DNA of 64,000 bases from an uncultured Gemmatimonadales bacterium (GTDB lineage: Bacteria; Gemmatimonadota; Gemmatimonadetes; Gemmatimonadales; GWC2-71-9). The translations under genes and the position numbers were made by a program. The notes below the pieces were generated by a model. That model saw only the letters and a list, made by a program, of their open reading frames with translations. It searched no databases and was not told the origin of the DNA. Positions 41,606 to 54,533 of this stretch are shown here, piece after piece. The number at the start of each line of letters is the position of its first letter. Within the stretch, counting starts at the first letter, position 1. The DNA lies in assembly GCA_963828735.1 (NCBI GenBank), contig CAWHFW010000005.1:224001-288000 (forward strand), in the 5' to 3' direction.

Positions 41606-41634
<29 letters not shown>
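40789..41634 (-). CDS. trmJ: SPOUT RNA methyltransferase, TrmJ/LasT family
   Basis: NIASAVRIARNFG, GREDSGLTNAEL, SLNLAQAV. Confidence 0.85.
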
Positions 41635-43063
<1,429 letters not shown>

Positions 43064-43071
43064 AGGCAGTC

Positions 43072-43533
43072 TCAGTCGAGGGGGCGCGCGAAACGGACGC
43101 GCGACTTGTTGATGTACCAGCTGATGTCGTCGCGACCGAGGACGAAGAAGACGCCCGGTCCGTTCAGATAGTCGAGGCTTCGCGCCCGCGACGGCGGCAG
43201 CTCGAGCGCGGCACGGCCACGATATTCCGTCCCACCCTGCACCACCACCTCGAGCTCGATGTGCCGCGCCGCCGATTCCCGCTCGGGATCAAGGAGACGC
43301 GGCCGGTCCCGGCAGGAAACGACGACCACCTGGGTCTTCGGAATGAACGTGACCCCGCCGCCCTCCAGCGTGAGCGCGAAGAACCCGTCGTCCCGATTGA
43401 GCATCTCGAGCGGCGTCTCCGGCCCGGGCGGGTACGTGGTACGGGCGTACAAATGCAGGTCGCCCGCGAGGGTGATGCCCTCGGCCAGCACGACTTCCGC
43501 GGGCACCTTGGTGGTGATTCCCCAGTCGCTCAT
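43072..43533 (-). CDS. Hypothetical protein with two similar beta-rich halves
   Basis: LEMLN..GFF.L / LDYLN..GVFFVL internal similarity; sits directly upstream of pilT. Confidence 0.6.
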   Translation of the reverse strand: MSDWGITTKVPAEVVLAEGITLAGDLHLYARTTYPPGPETPLEMLNRDDGFFALTLEGGGVTFIPKTQVVVVSCRDRPRLLDPERESAARHIELEVVVQGGTEYRGRAALELPPSRARSLDYLNGPGVFFVLGRDDISWYINKSRVRFARPLD

Positions 43534-43594
43534 TCGCTCTGTCCGGGCAAGTGGAGGGAAGCTGACGACAGGGGCCCACCGCGGCAAGTGGGCA

Positions 43595-44479
43595 TCAGCC
43601 GCGGATCTCCACGCCTGCTTGCCGCTCGGTGAGCCGGATGGGATCGAGGTAGTCGGCCGCCTCGCCGAGGGTCGACCGCGCGCTGGCAAGCACGGAGCGA
43701 GCGAGTTCGAAGATCGGCCCGGCCACGCCGGTCTCGGCCAGGAGGTCCGTGGCGATCGCGACGTCCTTCTCGAGCAGGGCCAACCGGAACGTTCGTGGCC
43801 AGGCTCCCGTGAGGACCCGTTCGGGCACGAGCACCTCGCTGACGAAGGAACGCCCGCTCGAGACGTTGAGGACGTCGAGCGCGAGGCGCGGCGCGACTCC
43901 CGCCTTGACCAGGGCCGCGAGTCCCTCGCCCACCGCCTGGATGTTGACCGCGAGCAGGGCGTTGTTCACGGCTTTGAGCGCGTCGCCTGCGCCCACCGGA
44001 CCCACGTGCTCGATGCGACGCCCGAACGCCTCGAGCACGGGCCGGGCCCGCGCGAACGTCGCCGCGTCCGCGCCCACCATGATCGTGAGGGTCCCCGACT
44101 CGGCGCCGTTCGTGCCGCCGCTGACGGGTGCGTCTGCGAAGGCCACGCCCTGCTCGGCCAGGCGAGCCGCGATGCGCCGCGAGGTCGCCGGGTCTCCGGA
44201 CGTACAGTCGAGGAACAGGGTGCCCGGCCGCAGGCCCGCGAGCAGCCCGTCGGGGCCGTCGAGCAGCGAGACCACGTCGGCCGAGGTGCTGAGGCAGGTG
44301 ATCACGACCTCGGCTGCCGCCGCCTCGCGCGGCGTGGCCACGGCGGTCGCGCCGTAGCGCGCCGCAAAGGCGGTCGCCCGCGACCCGGTCCGGTTCCAGA
44401 CCGTGAGGCCGCCACGACGGGCGAGATGCGCGGCCATGGGAGCGCCGATGGCGCCCAGGCCGAGGAAGCCGACGTGCAT
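43595..44479 (-). CDS. NAD(P)-dependent oxidoreductase, 3-hydroxyisobutyrate dehydrogenase family
   Basis: GFLGLGAIG, DAPVSGG, KAVNN. Confidence 0.9.
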   Translation of the reverse strand: MHVGFLGLGAIGAPMAAHLARRGGLTVWNRTGSRATAFAARYGATAVATPREAAAAEVVITCLSTSADVVSLLDGPDGLLAGLRPGTLFLDCTSGDPATSRRIAARLAEQGVAFADAPVSGGTNGAESGTLTIMVGADAATFARARPVLEAFGRRIEHVGPVGAGDALKAVNNALLAVNIQAVGEGLAALVKAGVAPRLALDVLNVSSGRSFVSEVLVPERVLTGAWPRTFRLALLEKDVAIATDLLAETGVAGPIFELARSVLASARSTLGEAADYLDPIRLTERQAGVEIRG

Positions 44480-44607
44480 CAGACGGACCTTTCGGGAGCG
44501 CGAGCGGGCGAGCGAGGACGTCGAAAAGTAGCGAGGGCGCGCGTCGATGGAACTGCCGGCCGGTCCGGCGCCACACGTCCGGCACTCGGCCGGGCTAATT
44601 TGAGAGC

Positions 44608-45810
44608 ATGGGTGCACGCATCCTCCACGTCGACCTCGACGCCTTCTTCGTCGAGGTCTGCCGACAGCGACATCCCGAGCTTCGCGACGTCGAGCTCCTG
44701 GTCGTCGGCGGGCGCCGCGATCAGCGCGGCGTGGTCCAATCCGCCTCCTACGGGGCGCGGCGCTTCGGGATTCACGCCGGGATGCCCATCGCGCAGGCGG
44801 TCCGCCTGTGTCCCGCGGCGACCTTCTTCCAGGGCTCCTTCCCCGACTACCGCGACGCCTCGCGCGCGGTGCGCGCGGTACTCCAGGGCTTCAGCCCGAC
44901 GGTGGTGATGGCCTCGCTCGACGAGGCCTACCTCGACTTCGCCGGGACTGAGCGCCTCTATCCGGTGTCCCTGCTTCCCGTCGCGGAGCAGATCCGGGAC
45001 ACCGTGCGCGCAAACACCGGGCTCGATTGCAGCATCGGCATCGGACCGAACCGGATGATCGCGAAGCTCGCGTCCGACGCCGCCAAGCCGCGCGGCCTGA
45101 TGGAGGTGCGCGCGGGATGGGAGGAGGGGTTCCTGGCGGGACTGGCGCTGCGGGCGATGCCCGGCGTCGGCCCCAGGACCGCGGAGCGCTGGGCGGAGCT
45201 CGGACTGGCGGACGTCTGGCAGGTTCAGCGGATGGAGGAGGGAGCGCTCGAGCGGCTGATCGGCCCGGAAGCGCGGCCTCTCAAGCGGCGCGCGCACGGG
45301 TACGGCGGCACCACGCTCCGCGCGGACCGGCTGCCCCGCTCCGTGAGTCGGGAGACGACCCTGTCGCGAGATCTTCGCGACCCCACCCAGCTCGAGGCCA
45401 CCTTGTCGCTGCTCGCCGCCCGCGTCGCCGGCCAGCTCCGCGACGAGCATCTGGTGGCCCGCACGGTGACGCTGAAGCTGCGCCACGACGATTTCCGCAC
45501 CGTGACACGCCGTCACACCTTCGAGATGGCCACGGATCTCGACGCCGAGCTCTACGGCGCTGCGCGCGATCTGTTCCGGGCGGCGTTCGAGGAAGTGCGG
45601 GTGCGGAACCGCGGTGTGCGGCTCATCGGCGTCGCCGCAACAAACCTGTCCGAGGCCGCCGAGGCCGACCTGTTCGAGCCGCCCCGGCGTCGGCGCCTGC
45701 GCGACCTCTCCGCCGCGGTCGACCAGTTGCGGGAGAAGTACGGCTTCGCGGCCGTCACGCCGGGGAGCGCGCTCCGCTCGAAGCGGCGGCGGGATGCCGA
45801 CTCGCCGTAA
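44608..45810 (+). CDS. dinB: DNA polymerase IV (Y family)
   Basis: LHVDLDAFF, ASYGAR, SLDEAYLD, AKLASDAAKP. Confidence 0.95.
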   Translation: MGARILHVDLDAFFVEVCRQRHPELRDVELLVVGGRRDQRGVVQSASYGARRFGIHAGMPIAQAVRLCPAATFFQGSFPDYRDASRAVRAVLQGFSPTVVMASLDEAYLDFAGTERLYPVSLLPVAEQIRDTVRANTGLDCSIGIGPNRMIAKLASDAAKPRGLMEVRAGWEEGFLAGLALRAMPGVGPRTAERWAELGLADVWQVQRMEEGALERLIGPEARPLKRRAHGYGGTTLRADRLPRSVSRETTLSRDLRDPTQLEATLSLLAARVAGQLRDEHLVARTVTLKLRHDDFRTVTRRHTFEMATDLDAELYGAARDLFRAAFEEVRVRNRGVRLIGVAATNLSEAAEADLFEPPRRRRLRDLSAAVDQLREKYGFAAVTPGSALRSKRRRDADSP

Positions 45811-45826
45811 CCGCCGCTCGCGACCG

Positions 45827-46486
45827 CTACCTCATATCCTTGTCCTCGAACCTGAGCCCCACCGCGCCATCCGCCGCCGTCACCTGTCCGCCGAGATCCT
45901 GGAAGGTTGCCGATCGCGCGGCCACCCCCCGCGCCTGCACCGTGCTGTTCCGAAAGAGCCGGTAGTAACCGATGAAGACGCGGCGCCCGCCGGCACGCAC
46001 GGCGCAGCCGCAATCCAGGGCGCCTTGCAGACCGGCGTTCACGATGAGCCGGAGCGGCTGGGTCGACGCGTTGGTGATGAGTGGCGCGAAATACGCGCCG
46101 TCGGCCGTCCGGCTGGCCGATCGCAGACGGGTCGTGCCGGAGGGGCGCTGCAGCACTGAGGAGCCCCGCATCTCCTCGCCCATCGGCGTGCCGTCGGCCG
46201 AGCGGGGACGAAGCAGCTGCCACTGCACTACCGCCGTTCGCCCACGCGGGACTCCGACACGCACCGTGCTTCCGGGCGCGACGGTCAGTGGCGACCCGTT
46301 GCCCACGACCAGACGCACCGGCGCCGTGAGCGTATTGGTGAACGCCACGTGAGGCCGAAGCAGCAGCAGCACGCCGGCCGCCGCGGCGACAATCAGGAGC
46401 AGGAGCAGCGCGATCGGCAGGACCGGCATCCGCGGCCCTTCCAGGCCAGGGGCGGAAGGCACCGGGTTCTGGTCGGCGAAGGTCAT
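45827..46486 (-). CDS. Single-TM protein paralogous to the ectodomain of the upstream kinase
   Basis: TM helix followed by N.LT.P, RP...G.P.G.E, FAPLI.N, DC.C and GYY motifs shared with 46507-47120. Confidence 0.75.
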   Translation of the reverse strand: MTFADQNPVPSAPGLEGPRMPVLPIALLLLLIVAAAAGVLLLLRPHVAFTNTLTAPVRLVVGNGSPLTVAPGSTVRVGVPRGRTAVVQWQLLRPRSADGTPMGEEMRGSSVLQRPSGTTRLRSASRTADGAYFAPLITNASTQPLRLIVNAGLQGALDCGCAVRAGGRRVFIGYYRLFRNSTVQARGVAARSATFQDLGGQVTAADGAVGLRFEDKDMR

Positions 46487-46506
46487 CAGGTGATTGGCGC
46501 GGGTCG

Positions 46507-48273
46507 TCAGTGAGTGGGGAGAAAGCCCCGCAGCGGATCGCGACGCTCCGGGGGACGCGAACGGCGGACGACCGCCGGCTTGAGCGGGGTCAGTAGCGAC
46601 GCCGGCATGACCCGGAAGACGACCACGCCGGACATCGAGTCCACCCCGGTGAGGATGGCATTGAATTTCCCGACCGCGTGAGCCGTGTCCCGGACCCGAA
46701 CCGAGCTGGTGCGGTCGAGCGGGTAGTAGCCCAGCCGAAGCGAGTCGCCGGGCGCGATGATGCACGCGCAGTCGAATGTGTCACGGCCGCTCACGACCGC
46801 GGCCTCGATGCGTCGGCCGCTGCGGTTCACGATCAGCGGCGCGAACCGTGGCCGCCCCCCCGTCCCGGCGGCGACGACCTCGCGCACGTCGCCGCGCACG
46901 TCGTCGGCCACGATGCTGCCCTCCACTTCCCCGCCCAGCGGCCGGCCGGTTCCCGCGGTAGGGCGCACCATCGCCCAGTGCGCCTCGAGCGGTCGGCGCG
47001 GCCGCAGCGGCAGGCGGAGGCTATCGCCCGAGCGCACGGTGAAGCCGGTGTCGTCGAGCGTGAGCGCGATGGGCTCCGTGAGACGGTTGTACACCACCAG
47101 CGATGCGTGCGGCCGCACCGATGCCCAGAGCGCTCCCACCACCGCCACGAGACCGAGCGCCACGAGGGCCCGGCGTCGTCCGACGCGACGACGAGCCCGG
47201 GGCATCGCGGCCGTCGGCGTTTCGTCCTCCGCGGAGGCGGCCGGGAGGCGGGCCGGAGCGGCGCCGTCGTCCTGGACCGCGCCGGGCACCGGGGTGGACA
47301 GGCCTGCCCTCCGTCCGTCCCGGATCGCTTCGAGCACGGCGCGCGCGCTCGGATAGCGGTCGTCCGGGTGTTTGGCGAGGCACCGGAGGATGATCGCCGT
47401 AAGCCAGGGCGGCACGCGATCCCGCGAGAGGGTGGCCACCGGGACCGGCTGGTGCAGGTGACGGGTGACGATCTCCTGCGAATCGTTCCCCTCGAACGGC
47501 GGCGCGCCGGTCAGCATCTGGAACAGCACGACGCCCATTCCGTACACGTCCGCCCGAGCATCCACGTCGTCCCGCCCGAGCGCCTGCTCCGGACTCATGT
47601 ACAATGGCGTGCCCACGATGAAGCCGGTCTGCGTGTGACCGGCCGCCCCATCCAGATCCTTCACGATGCCGAAGTCGACCAGGAGCGGGCGCCCCGTTCC
47701 GGACTCGATGAGAATGTTGTCCGGCTTCACGTCCCGATGCACCAGCCCGGCCTCATGGGCGTGCTGCAGGGTCTCGAGGATCGGCTCCGCGATGGCCAGC
47801 GCGCGGTGGAACGGCAACGCCCCGTCCGCCCGAAGCAGATCGGCCAGCGTGCGCCCCTCGCAGTACGGCATCACGTAGAAGACGAGCCCTTCGACTTCGC
47901 CGACGAAATGGATCGGTAGCGTGTTGGGGTGGTTGAGGCGCGCGATGGCGCGGGCCTCCTGCTTGAAGCGCGCGAGCGTGGCCGGGCTCCAGGGCAGATC
48001 GGCGCGCAGGACCTTCGCCGCGAGCCGACGCTGGAGGTCCTCGTCCCGGACCTCGTAGACCTCGGCGAATCCCCCGCGGCCGAGCAGGCGAACGACCCGG
48101 TATTTGCGCCCGAGCGCCCGCGCGAGCGCGGGCCCGCGATCGGCTTCCGGAACCCGCGGTGAGGGAAGCGGCAGCTCGCCGGTCGCGAGCAACGCCAGGC
48201 TCCCCGGGCCGCAGCGCGGACAGTCGGCGTTGCCCTCGGGGAGCGGGGCGTGACAGGACGAGCAGACCAGCAG
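46507..48273 (-). CDS. Hanks-type Ser/Thr protein kinase with N-terminal zinc ribbon, TM helix and ectodomain (probable CTG start)
   Basis: GRGGFAEV, AAK, HRDVKPDN, DFG, GTPLYMSPE; in-frame CSSCH...CPRC upstream of TTG 48192; SD GGAGG at 48284-48288. Confidence 0.9.
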   Translation of the reverse strand: MLVCSSCHAPLPEGNADCPRCGPGSLALLATGELPLPSPRVPEADRGPALARALGRKYRVVRLLGRGGFAEVYEVRDEDLQRRLAAKVLRADLPWSPATLARFKQEARAIARLNHPNTLPIHFVGEVEGLVFYVMPYCEGRTLADLLRADGALPFHRALAIAEPILETLQHAHEAGLVHRDVKPDNILIESGTGRPLLVDFGIVKDLDGAAGHTQTGFIVGTPLYMSPEQALGRDDVDARADVYGMGVVLFQMLTGAPPFEGNDSQEIVTRHLHQPVPVATLSRDRVPPWLTAIILRCLAKHPDDRYPSARAVLEAIRDGRRAGLSTPVPGAVQDDGAAPARLPAASAEDETPTAAMPRARRRVGRRRALVALGLVAVVGALWASVRPHASLVVYNRLTEPIALTLDDTGFTVRSGDSLRLPLRPRRPLEAHWAMVRPTAGTGRPLGGEVEGSIVADDVRGDVREVVAAGTGGRPRFAPLIVNRSGRRIEAAVVSGRDTFDCACIIAPGDSLRLGYYPLDRTSSVRVRDTAHAVGKFNAILTGVDSMSGVVVFRVMPASLLTPLKPAVVRRSRPPERRDPLRGFLPTH

Positions 48274-48481
48274 GGCCAGAACACCTCCGTTGGAACCCAG
48301 TGGAACCCACGGCCCTGTAAAGCTTAACGCATCCGTCGAGGGGGGGTGAGTGCAATTTTGGGGATGGGTGAAGCGGTGGTGGCTTCAGGCATATTATGCA
48401 GTCATTGTGGCCCAATTCTCGTCTACTGCGGTCAGGTTTGCACCTATGAACAGCATTTTGTGCAATGTGTGCACGATTCTC

Positions 48482-48510
48482 TTGACATGAAAAGTGCCGG
48501 TTCGTATACT
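48482..48510 (+). promoter_or_regulatory. Sigma-70 promoter of glnA
   Basis: TTGACA-N17-TATACT. Confidence 0.8.
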
Positions 48511-48703
48511 CCGCTAGTCGAGATGCCGGACCCTGTACCCGGAGCCACGATGCGCCAGTCCTTCCGAAATCCGTCGCCGCGCCATCGCGAACCGCCCGGG
48601 CCCCCGTCCCGCTGCCCCGCAGCGTCCCCGATGCCCCTGCGTTCGCGATGCGACGCAGGGGCATCTCACTGAGATCCACCTCCACCACCAGCGCGAGACC
48701 GCC

Positions 48704-50170
<1,467 letters not shown>

Positions 50171-50218
50171 TGCACCGCGAGGCCTGATAGCGCGTTCGCG
50201 GTAGCGACGCCCGTGGGA

Positions 50219-50262
50219 CGTGAGTCGCGGGTCGTGGGATCTCCCACGGCCCGCGACTCACG
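50219..50262. repeat. 21-bp hairpin built from 7-nt units, probable terminator or REP
   Basis: CGTGAGTCGCGGGTCGTGGGA-TC-TCCCACGGCCCGCGACTCACG (one G-U pair). Confidence 0.7.
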
Positions 50263-50292
50263 GCTTCACCGCCCCCCCTCTACATTTCCGTC

Positions 50293-51969
50293 ATGCCCGA
50301 CTCCCTCCGCAGCGCCGCGATCACCGCCGGCGTCCAGCGCGCGCCCAACCGCGCCATGCTTCGCGCCGTCGGCTTCGGCGACGCCGACTTCGGCAAGCCC
50401 ATCATCGGGATCGCGAACGGCTACAGCACGATCACGCCGTGCAACGCGGGACTCGACGTCCTCGCGCGGCGGGCGGAGGCGGCGGTACGCGCCGCCGGGG
50501 CCATGCCGCAGCTGTTCGGCACGATCACGGTGAGCGACGGGATCTCGATGGGAACCGAGGGCATGAAGTACTCGCTCGTCTCGCGCGAGGTGATCGCCGA
50601 CTCGATCGAGACGGCCTGCGGCGCCGAGAGCATGGACGGGGTGGTGGCGGTGGGCGGGTGCGACAAAAATATGCCGGGTGCCATGATCGCGATGGCCCGG
50701 ATGAACATTCCGGCCATCTTCGTCTACGGCGGCACGATCAAGCCGGGGCACCTGCACGGCCGCGACCTCACGGTCGTGAGCGCCTTCGAGGCGGTGGGGC
50801 AGTTCAGCGCGGGCCGGATCGACGAGCGCGAGCTGCTCGACGTCGAGCGCCACGCCTGCCCGGGCATGGGCTCGTGCGGCGGGATGTTCACCGCCAACAC
50901 CATGTCCTCCGTGTTCGAGGCGATGGGCATGAGTCTGCCGCGCTCCTCGACGATGGCGGCCGAAGACGGCGAGAAGGCGGACAGCGCGGCCCGCTCGGGC
51001 GAAGTGCTGGTGGCGGCGGTTCGCCGCGACATCCGGCCGCGGGCCATCCTCACCCGGCAAGCGTTCGAGAACGGCATCGCCGTGGCGATGGCGCTCGGAG
51101 GGAGCACCAACGCGGTCCTCCACCTGCTCGCCATCGCCCACTCGGCGGGCGTCCCGCTGGCCCTGGACGATTTCGAGGCGATCCGCGCGCGCGTCCCGGT
51201 ACTCTGCGATCTCAAGCCGTCGGGCCGCTACGTCGCCACCGACCTCCACGCGGCCGGCGGCGTGCCGCAGGTCATGAAAATGCTCCTGGCGCACGGCCTG
51301 CTGCACGGCGACGCCCTCACCGTCAGCGGCGACACCATCGCCGAAACGCTTCGCGACGTGCCCGAGGCGCCGCGTGCGGACCAGGACGTCATTCGTCCCT
51401 GGACGCGCCCCCTCTATGCCCAGGGGCACCTGGCGGTGCTGCGGGGCAACCTGGCCCCGGAGGGATCGGTCGCGAAGATCGCCGGCGTGAAGGAGCCCCG
51501 GATCACCGGGCCCGCGCGCATCTTCGAGTCCGAAGAGGCCTGCCTCGACGCCATCCTCGATGGTCGGATCCGGGCGGGCGACGTCCTTGTGATCCGCTAC
51601 GAGGGTCCACGGGGCGGGCCGGGAATGCGCGAAATGCTGGCGCCGACCTCGGCCATCATCGGCGCCGGCCTGGGCGACTCGGTCGCGCTGATCACCGACG
51701 GCCGGTTCTCGGGCGGCACCTACGGCCTGGTGGTGGGACACGTCGCCCCGGAAGCTGCCGTCGGCGGGCCGATCGCCCTGCTCGAGGAAGGCGACCTCAT
51801 CACCATCGACGCGAACGAACGGCTGTTGGCCGTGGACGTCTGCGAGGAGGAGCTCGCGAAGCGGCGCGAGGCGTGGACGCCGCCGCCGGCCCGCTACACA
51901 GCCGGCGTCCTCCACAAGTACGCCCGACAGGTGTCGAGCGCGAGTCTGGGCGCGGTGACCGATCTCTAA
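50293..51969 (+). CDS. ilvD: Dihydroxy-acid dehydratase
   Basis: [40 protein letters not shown]. Confidence 0.97.
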   Translation: MPDSLRSAAITAGVQRAPNRAMLRAVGFGDADFGKPIIGIANGYSTITPCNAGLDVLARRAEAAVRAAGAMPQLFGTITVSDGISMGTEGMKYSLVSREVIADSIETACGAESMDGVVAVGGCDKNMPGAMIAMARMNIPAIFVYGGTIKPGHLHGRDLTVVSAFEAVGQFSAGRIDERELLDVERHACPGMGSCGGMFTANTMSSVFEAMGMSLPRSSTMAAEDGEKADSAARSGEVLVAAVRRDIRPRAILTRQAFENGIAVAMALGGSTNAVLHLLAIAHSAGVPLALDDFEAIRARVPVLCDLKPSGRYVATDLHAAGGVPQVMKMLLAHGLLHGDALTVSGDTIAETLRDVPEAPRADQDVIRPWTRPLYAQGHLAVLRGNLAPEGSVAKIAGVKEPRITGPARIFESEEACLDAILDGRIRAGDVLVIRYEGPRGGPGMREMLAPTSAIIGAGLGDSVALITDGRFSGGTYGLVVGHVAPEAAVGGPIALLEEGDLITIDANERLLAVDVCEEELAKRREAWTPPPARYTAGVLHKYARQVSSASLGAVTDL

Positions 51970-51973
51970 CGCC

Positions 51974-52639
51974 CTGGCCGTCGATCGTCCGCAGTCGGCG
52001 TCCCGGGCGACGCGAAGCGCGGTCCTCGCGGGCGTCTGCTTCGCCTTGTTCGGCGCGGTCGCAGTCGCTGTGTTGGCCGGATGGACCCAGGCGCTCGACG
52101 TTCGCCTGATGCTGGCCGTCGGCCAGCTCAGGACGGACGAGCTGACGATCGTGATGCAATCGGTCAGCGCCATCGGCGCCGGCGAAATCGAGGTGCCCCT
52201 CGCCCTGCTCCTGAGCCTCCGCCTGTCCATGATTCGCCGTCGACCTGAGGCGGCAGGCTACGCCGCCGCCACTCTGAGCGGCTGGGCCCTCTATGGCGTG
52301 ACCAAGTGGGTGTTCCAGCGCCACCGCCCGCGCGTCATTCCGAGGCTGTCCTCGGCGGGCTGGCTCTCCTTTCCTTCCGGTCACGCCACCATGGCGCCAC
52401 TGGTGTTCGGCCTCGGCATCCTGATCTGGTCCGCGCCGTTGGCGCGAGGCACGCGGGTCGCGCTGCTCGTGCTGGCCGCCTTCGTGTCGCTCCTCATCGC
52501 CTTCTCGCGCGTGTACCTGGGCGTTCATTGGCCGACCGACGTGCTGGCAGGTCTGCTGCTCGGAACGGGGTGGGCGGCGCTATGGGTGTGGTGGTGGGAG
52601 CAGGCCGACCTGAGGCGCTCGAAGGTTCGGAATCCCTAG
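51974..52639 (+). CDS. PAP2 family membrane phosphatase (start CTG 51974 or TTG 52046)
   Basis: KWVFQRHRP, SFPSGHA, SRVYLGVHWPTDV. Confidence 0.88.
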   Translation: MAVDRPQSASRATRSAVLAGVCFALFGAVAVAVLAGWTQALDVRLMLAVGQLRTDELTIVMQSVSAIGAGEIEVPLALLLSLRLSMIRRRPEAAGYAAATLSGWALYGVTKWVFQRHRPRVIPRLSSAGWLSFPSGHATMAPLVFGLGILIWSAPLARGTRVALLVLAAFVSLLIAFSRVYLGVHWPTDVLAGLLLGTGWAALWVWWWEQADLRRSKVRNP

Positions 52640-52683
52640 AGGCAGGGCTCGCCCGTCGAGGCGCGCGAGGGTCGCCTGAGCGG

Positions 52684-53769
52684 TCAGCTCCGCTCGACGA
52701 GTTGCCCCCGGAGCACCGCCCGTGCGACCCACTCGCCCAGCTCGCGGGTTCCGACAGTCGGCTCCCCCGGCGCGGCAATGTCCGGCGTGCGGAGGCCCGC
52801 TGCGAGGACCCCGGCCACCGCCTGGTCCACCTGGTCGGCCGCGTCCGCCTGGCCAAGCCCGTACCGAAGCAGCAGGGCGGCCGACGCGATCGCGCCGAGC
52901 GGGTTGGCAATGCCCCGGCCGGCGATATCGGGCGCCGAACCGTGGACCGGCTCGAACAGTCCGGGCCCATCGCCGATCGAGGCCGAAGGCAGGAGGCCCA
53001 ACGAGCCGCTCAGCACGGCCGCTTCGTCGCTCAGGATGTCGCCGAACAGGTTCTCGGTCAGCAGGACGTCGATCGCCGCCGGGTTGGCCACGAGGCGCAT
53101 CGCCGCGTAATCCACGTAGAGGTGCTCCAGGCGCACGTCGGGATATTCCGCCGCCACCCGACTCACCGTTTCCCGCCAGAGCTGCGAAACCTCCAGCACA
53201 TTCGCCTTGTCCACCGACGTCAGCGTCTTCCGGCGCCCCTGGGCGGCCTGGAACGCCACGCGGGCCACCCGCTCGATCTCCCCCACGGAGTAGCGCATGG
53301 TGTTGACCGCGGCCTCCCGGTCGAGCGCTCGGGGCTGCCCATAGTAGAGCCCTCCCAGGAGCTCCCGCACGATCAGGAGGTCGACGCCGTCGAGCCGCTC
53401 CGGCCTGAGGGGTGAGGCGTGGCGCAGGGCGGCATGAACCGTGACCGGCCGGAGGTTGGCGTACGCACCGAGGAGCTTCCGCAGTGCCAGGAGACCGGCC
53501 TCCGGCCGGCGCCGCCCCTCCGCAGCCGCCAGCGACGGGTGCCCGACCGCGCCGAGCAGGACCGCGTCAGCCTGCGTCACGCCGCCTGCGGTGGCGTCGG
53601 GCAGCGAGTCGCCCGCCTCCGCGACCCCCGCCGCGCCGACGGCAAACTCGCTCGTCTCGATCACGAACCCATGCAGGTCGGCAACGGCGCGGAGGACCCG
53701 GACCGCCTCGGCCGTGACCTCGGGGCCGATGCCGTCGCCGGGAAGCACCGCGATCGCGTACCGGGTCAT
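52684..53769 (-). CDS. leuB: 3-isopropylmalate dehydrogenase
   Basis: [36 protein letters not shown]. Confidence 0.97.
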   Translation of the reverse strand: MTRYAIAVLPGDGIGPEVTAEAVRVLRAVADLHGFVIETSEFAVGAAGVAEAGDSLPDATAGGVTQADAVLLGAVGHPSLAAAEGRRRPEAGLLALRKLLGAYANLRPVTVHAALRHASPLRPERLDGVDLLIVRELLGGLYYGQPRALDREAAVNTMRYSVGEIERVARVAFQAAQGRRKTLTSVDKANVLEVSQLWRETVSRVAAEYPDVRLEHLYVDYAAMRLVANPAAIDVLLTENLFGDILSDEAAVLSGSLGLLPSASIGDGPGLFEPVHGSAPDIAGRGIANPLGAIASAALLLRYGLGQADAADQVDQAVAGVLAAGLRTPDIAAPGEPTVGTRELGEWVARAVLRGQLVERS

Positions 53770-54377
53770 ACCGAATTCCGAGCCGTGAGGGCGGCGCGAC
53801 GCCGCTCGAAAGCGGCGATCCTGGGTTCCTCCAGCAGGGTCATCCCGATCTCGTCGAGCCCCTTCAGAAGCATCTCGCGACGGTAGTCATCGAACTCGAA
53901 GGTGGCCGCGAAGCCCTCACCGTCATGAACGCGGCGTTCCCGCAGGTCGATCGTGACGCGGTGGTGCGGCGACGAATCCGCGCGCTCGGCGAGCGCACGG
54001 ACCTGGCCCTCTGGCAAAACCACGGGCAGTAAGCCATTTTGACAGCAGTTCCCAAAGAAGATGTCTGCGAAGGACGGGGCAATGATCGCCCGGAATCCGT
54101 AGTCCGCGAGGGCCCATGGGGCATGCTCCCGGGAGCTGCCGCACCCGAAATTCGAGCCCGAGATCAGAATCGTGGCGCCGGTCGCGCCGGGGCGGTTGAG
54201 CTCGAAGTCCGGGTTCGGCGAGCCGTCGGAGAGGTACCGCCAGTCGTAGAACAACGAAGGACCGAATCCGGTCCGTTCGATGCGCTTGAGGAACTGCTTC
54301 GGGATGATCTGATCGGTGTCGACGTTCGCTCGCGGGAGCGAAACAGCACGTCCGCTATGCAAAATGAAGGGCTGCAT
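53766..54377 (-). CDS. leuD: 3-isopropylmalate dehydratase small subunit
   Basis: [28 protein letters not shown]. Confidence 0.97.
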   Translation of the reverse strand: MQPFILHSGRAVSLPRANVDTDQIIPKQFLKRIERTGFGPSLFYDWRYLSDGSPNPDFELNRPGATGATILISGSNFGCGSSREHAPWALADYGFRAIIAPSFADIFFGNCCQNGLLPVVLPEGQVRALAERADSSPHHRVTIDLRERRVHDGEGFAATFEFDDYRREMLLKGLDEIGMTLLEEPRIAAFERRRAALTARNSV

Positions 54378-54533
54378 ACGCTCTCGGATAAATATTCAGT
54401 CGTTTTGGAGATTGATATTAGTATTTACTTTAAGTAAATCTAGTAATAGACTTCTTGTGAGTAAGTTACGATGTCTACTGTAAGTGATTTCTGACTATGT
54501 ATCCAGCTTCGTATTGCCTGCATATTGAGCCCA
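54378..54533. other. Strongly AT-rich intergenic patch inside the leu operon
   Basis: 51 G+C in 150 nt (34%, hand count 54381-54530); palindrome ATTTACTT-T-AAGTAAAT at 54423-54439. Confidence 0.85.

Noticed and set aside
48291..48309. TGGAACCCA direct repeat upstream of the kinase as a LexA box
   Set aside because: GTTC spacing is 6 rather than 7 and no such repeat precedes dinB; its function is unsupported.
54378..54533. oriC candidate
   Set aside because: No good TTATCCACA DnaA boxes (the closest I found have three mismatches) and no dnaA/dnaN nearby.
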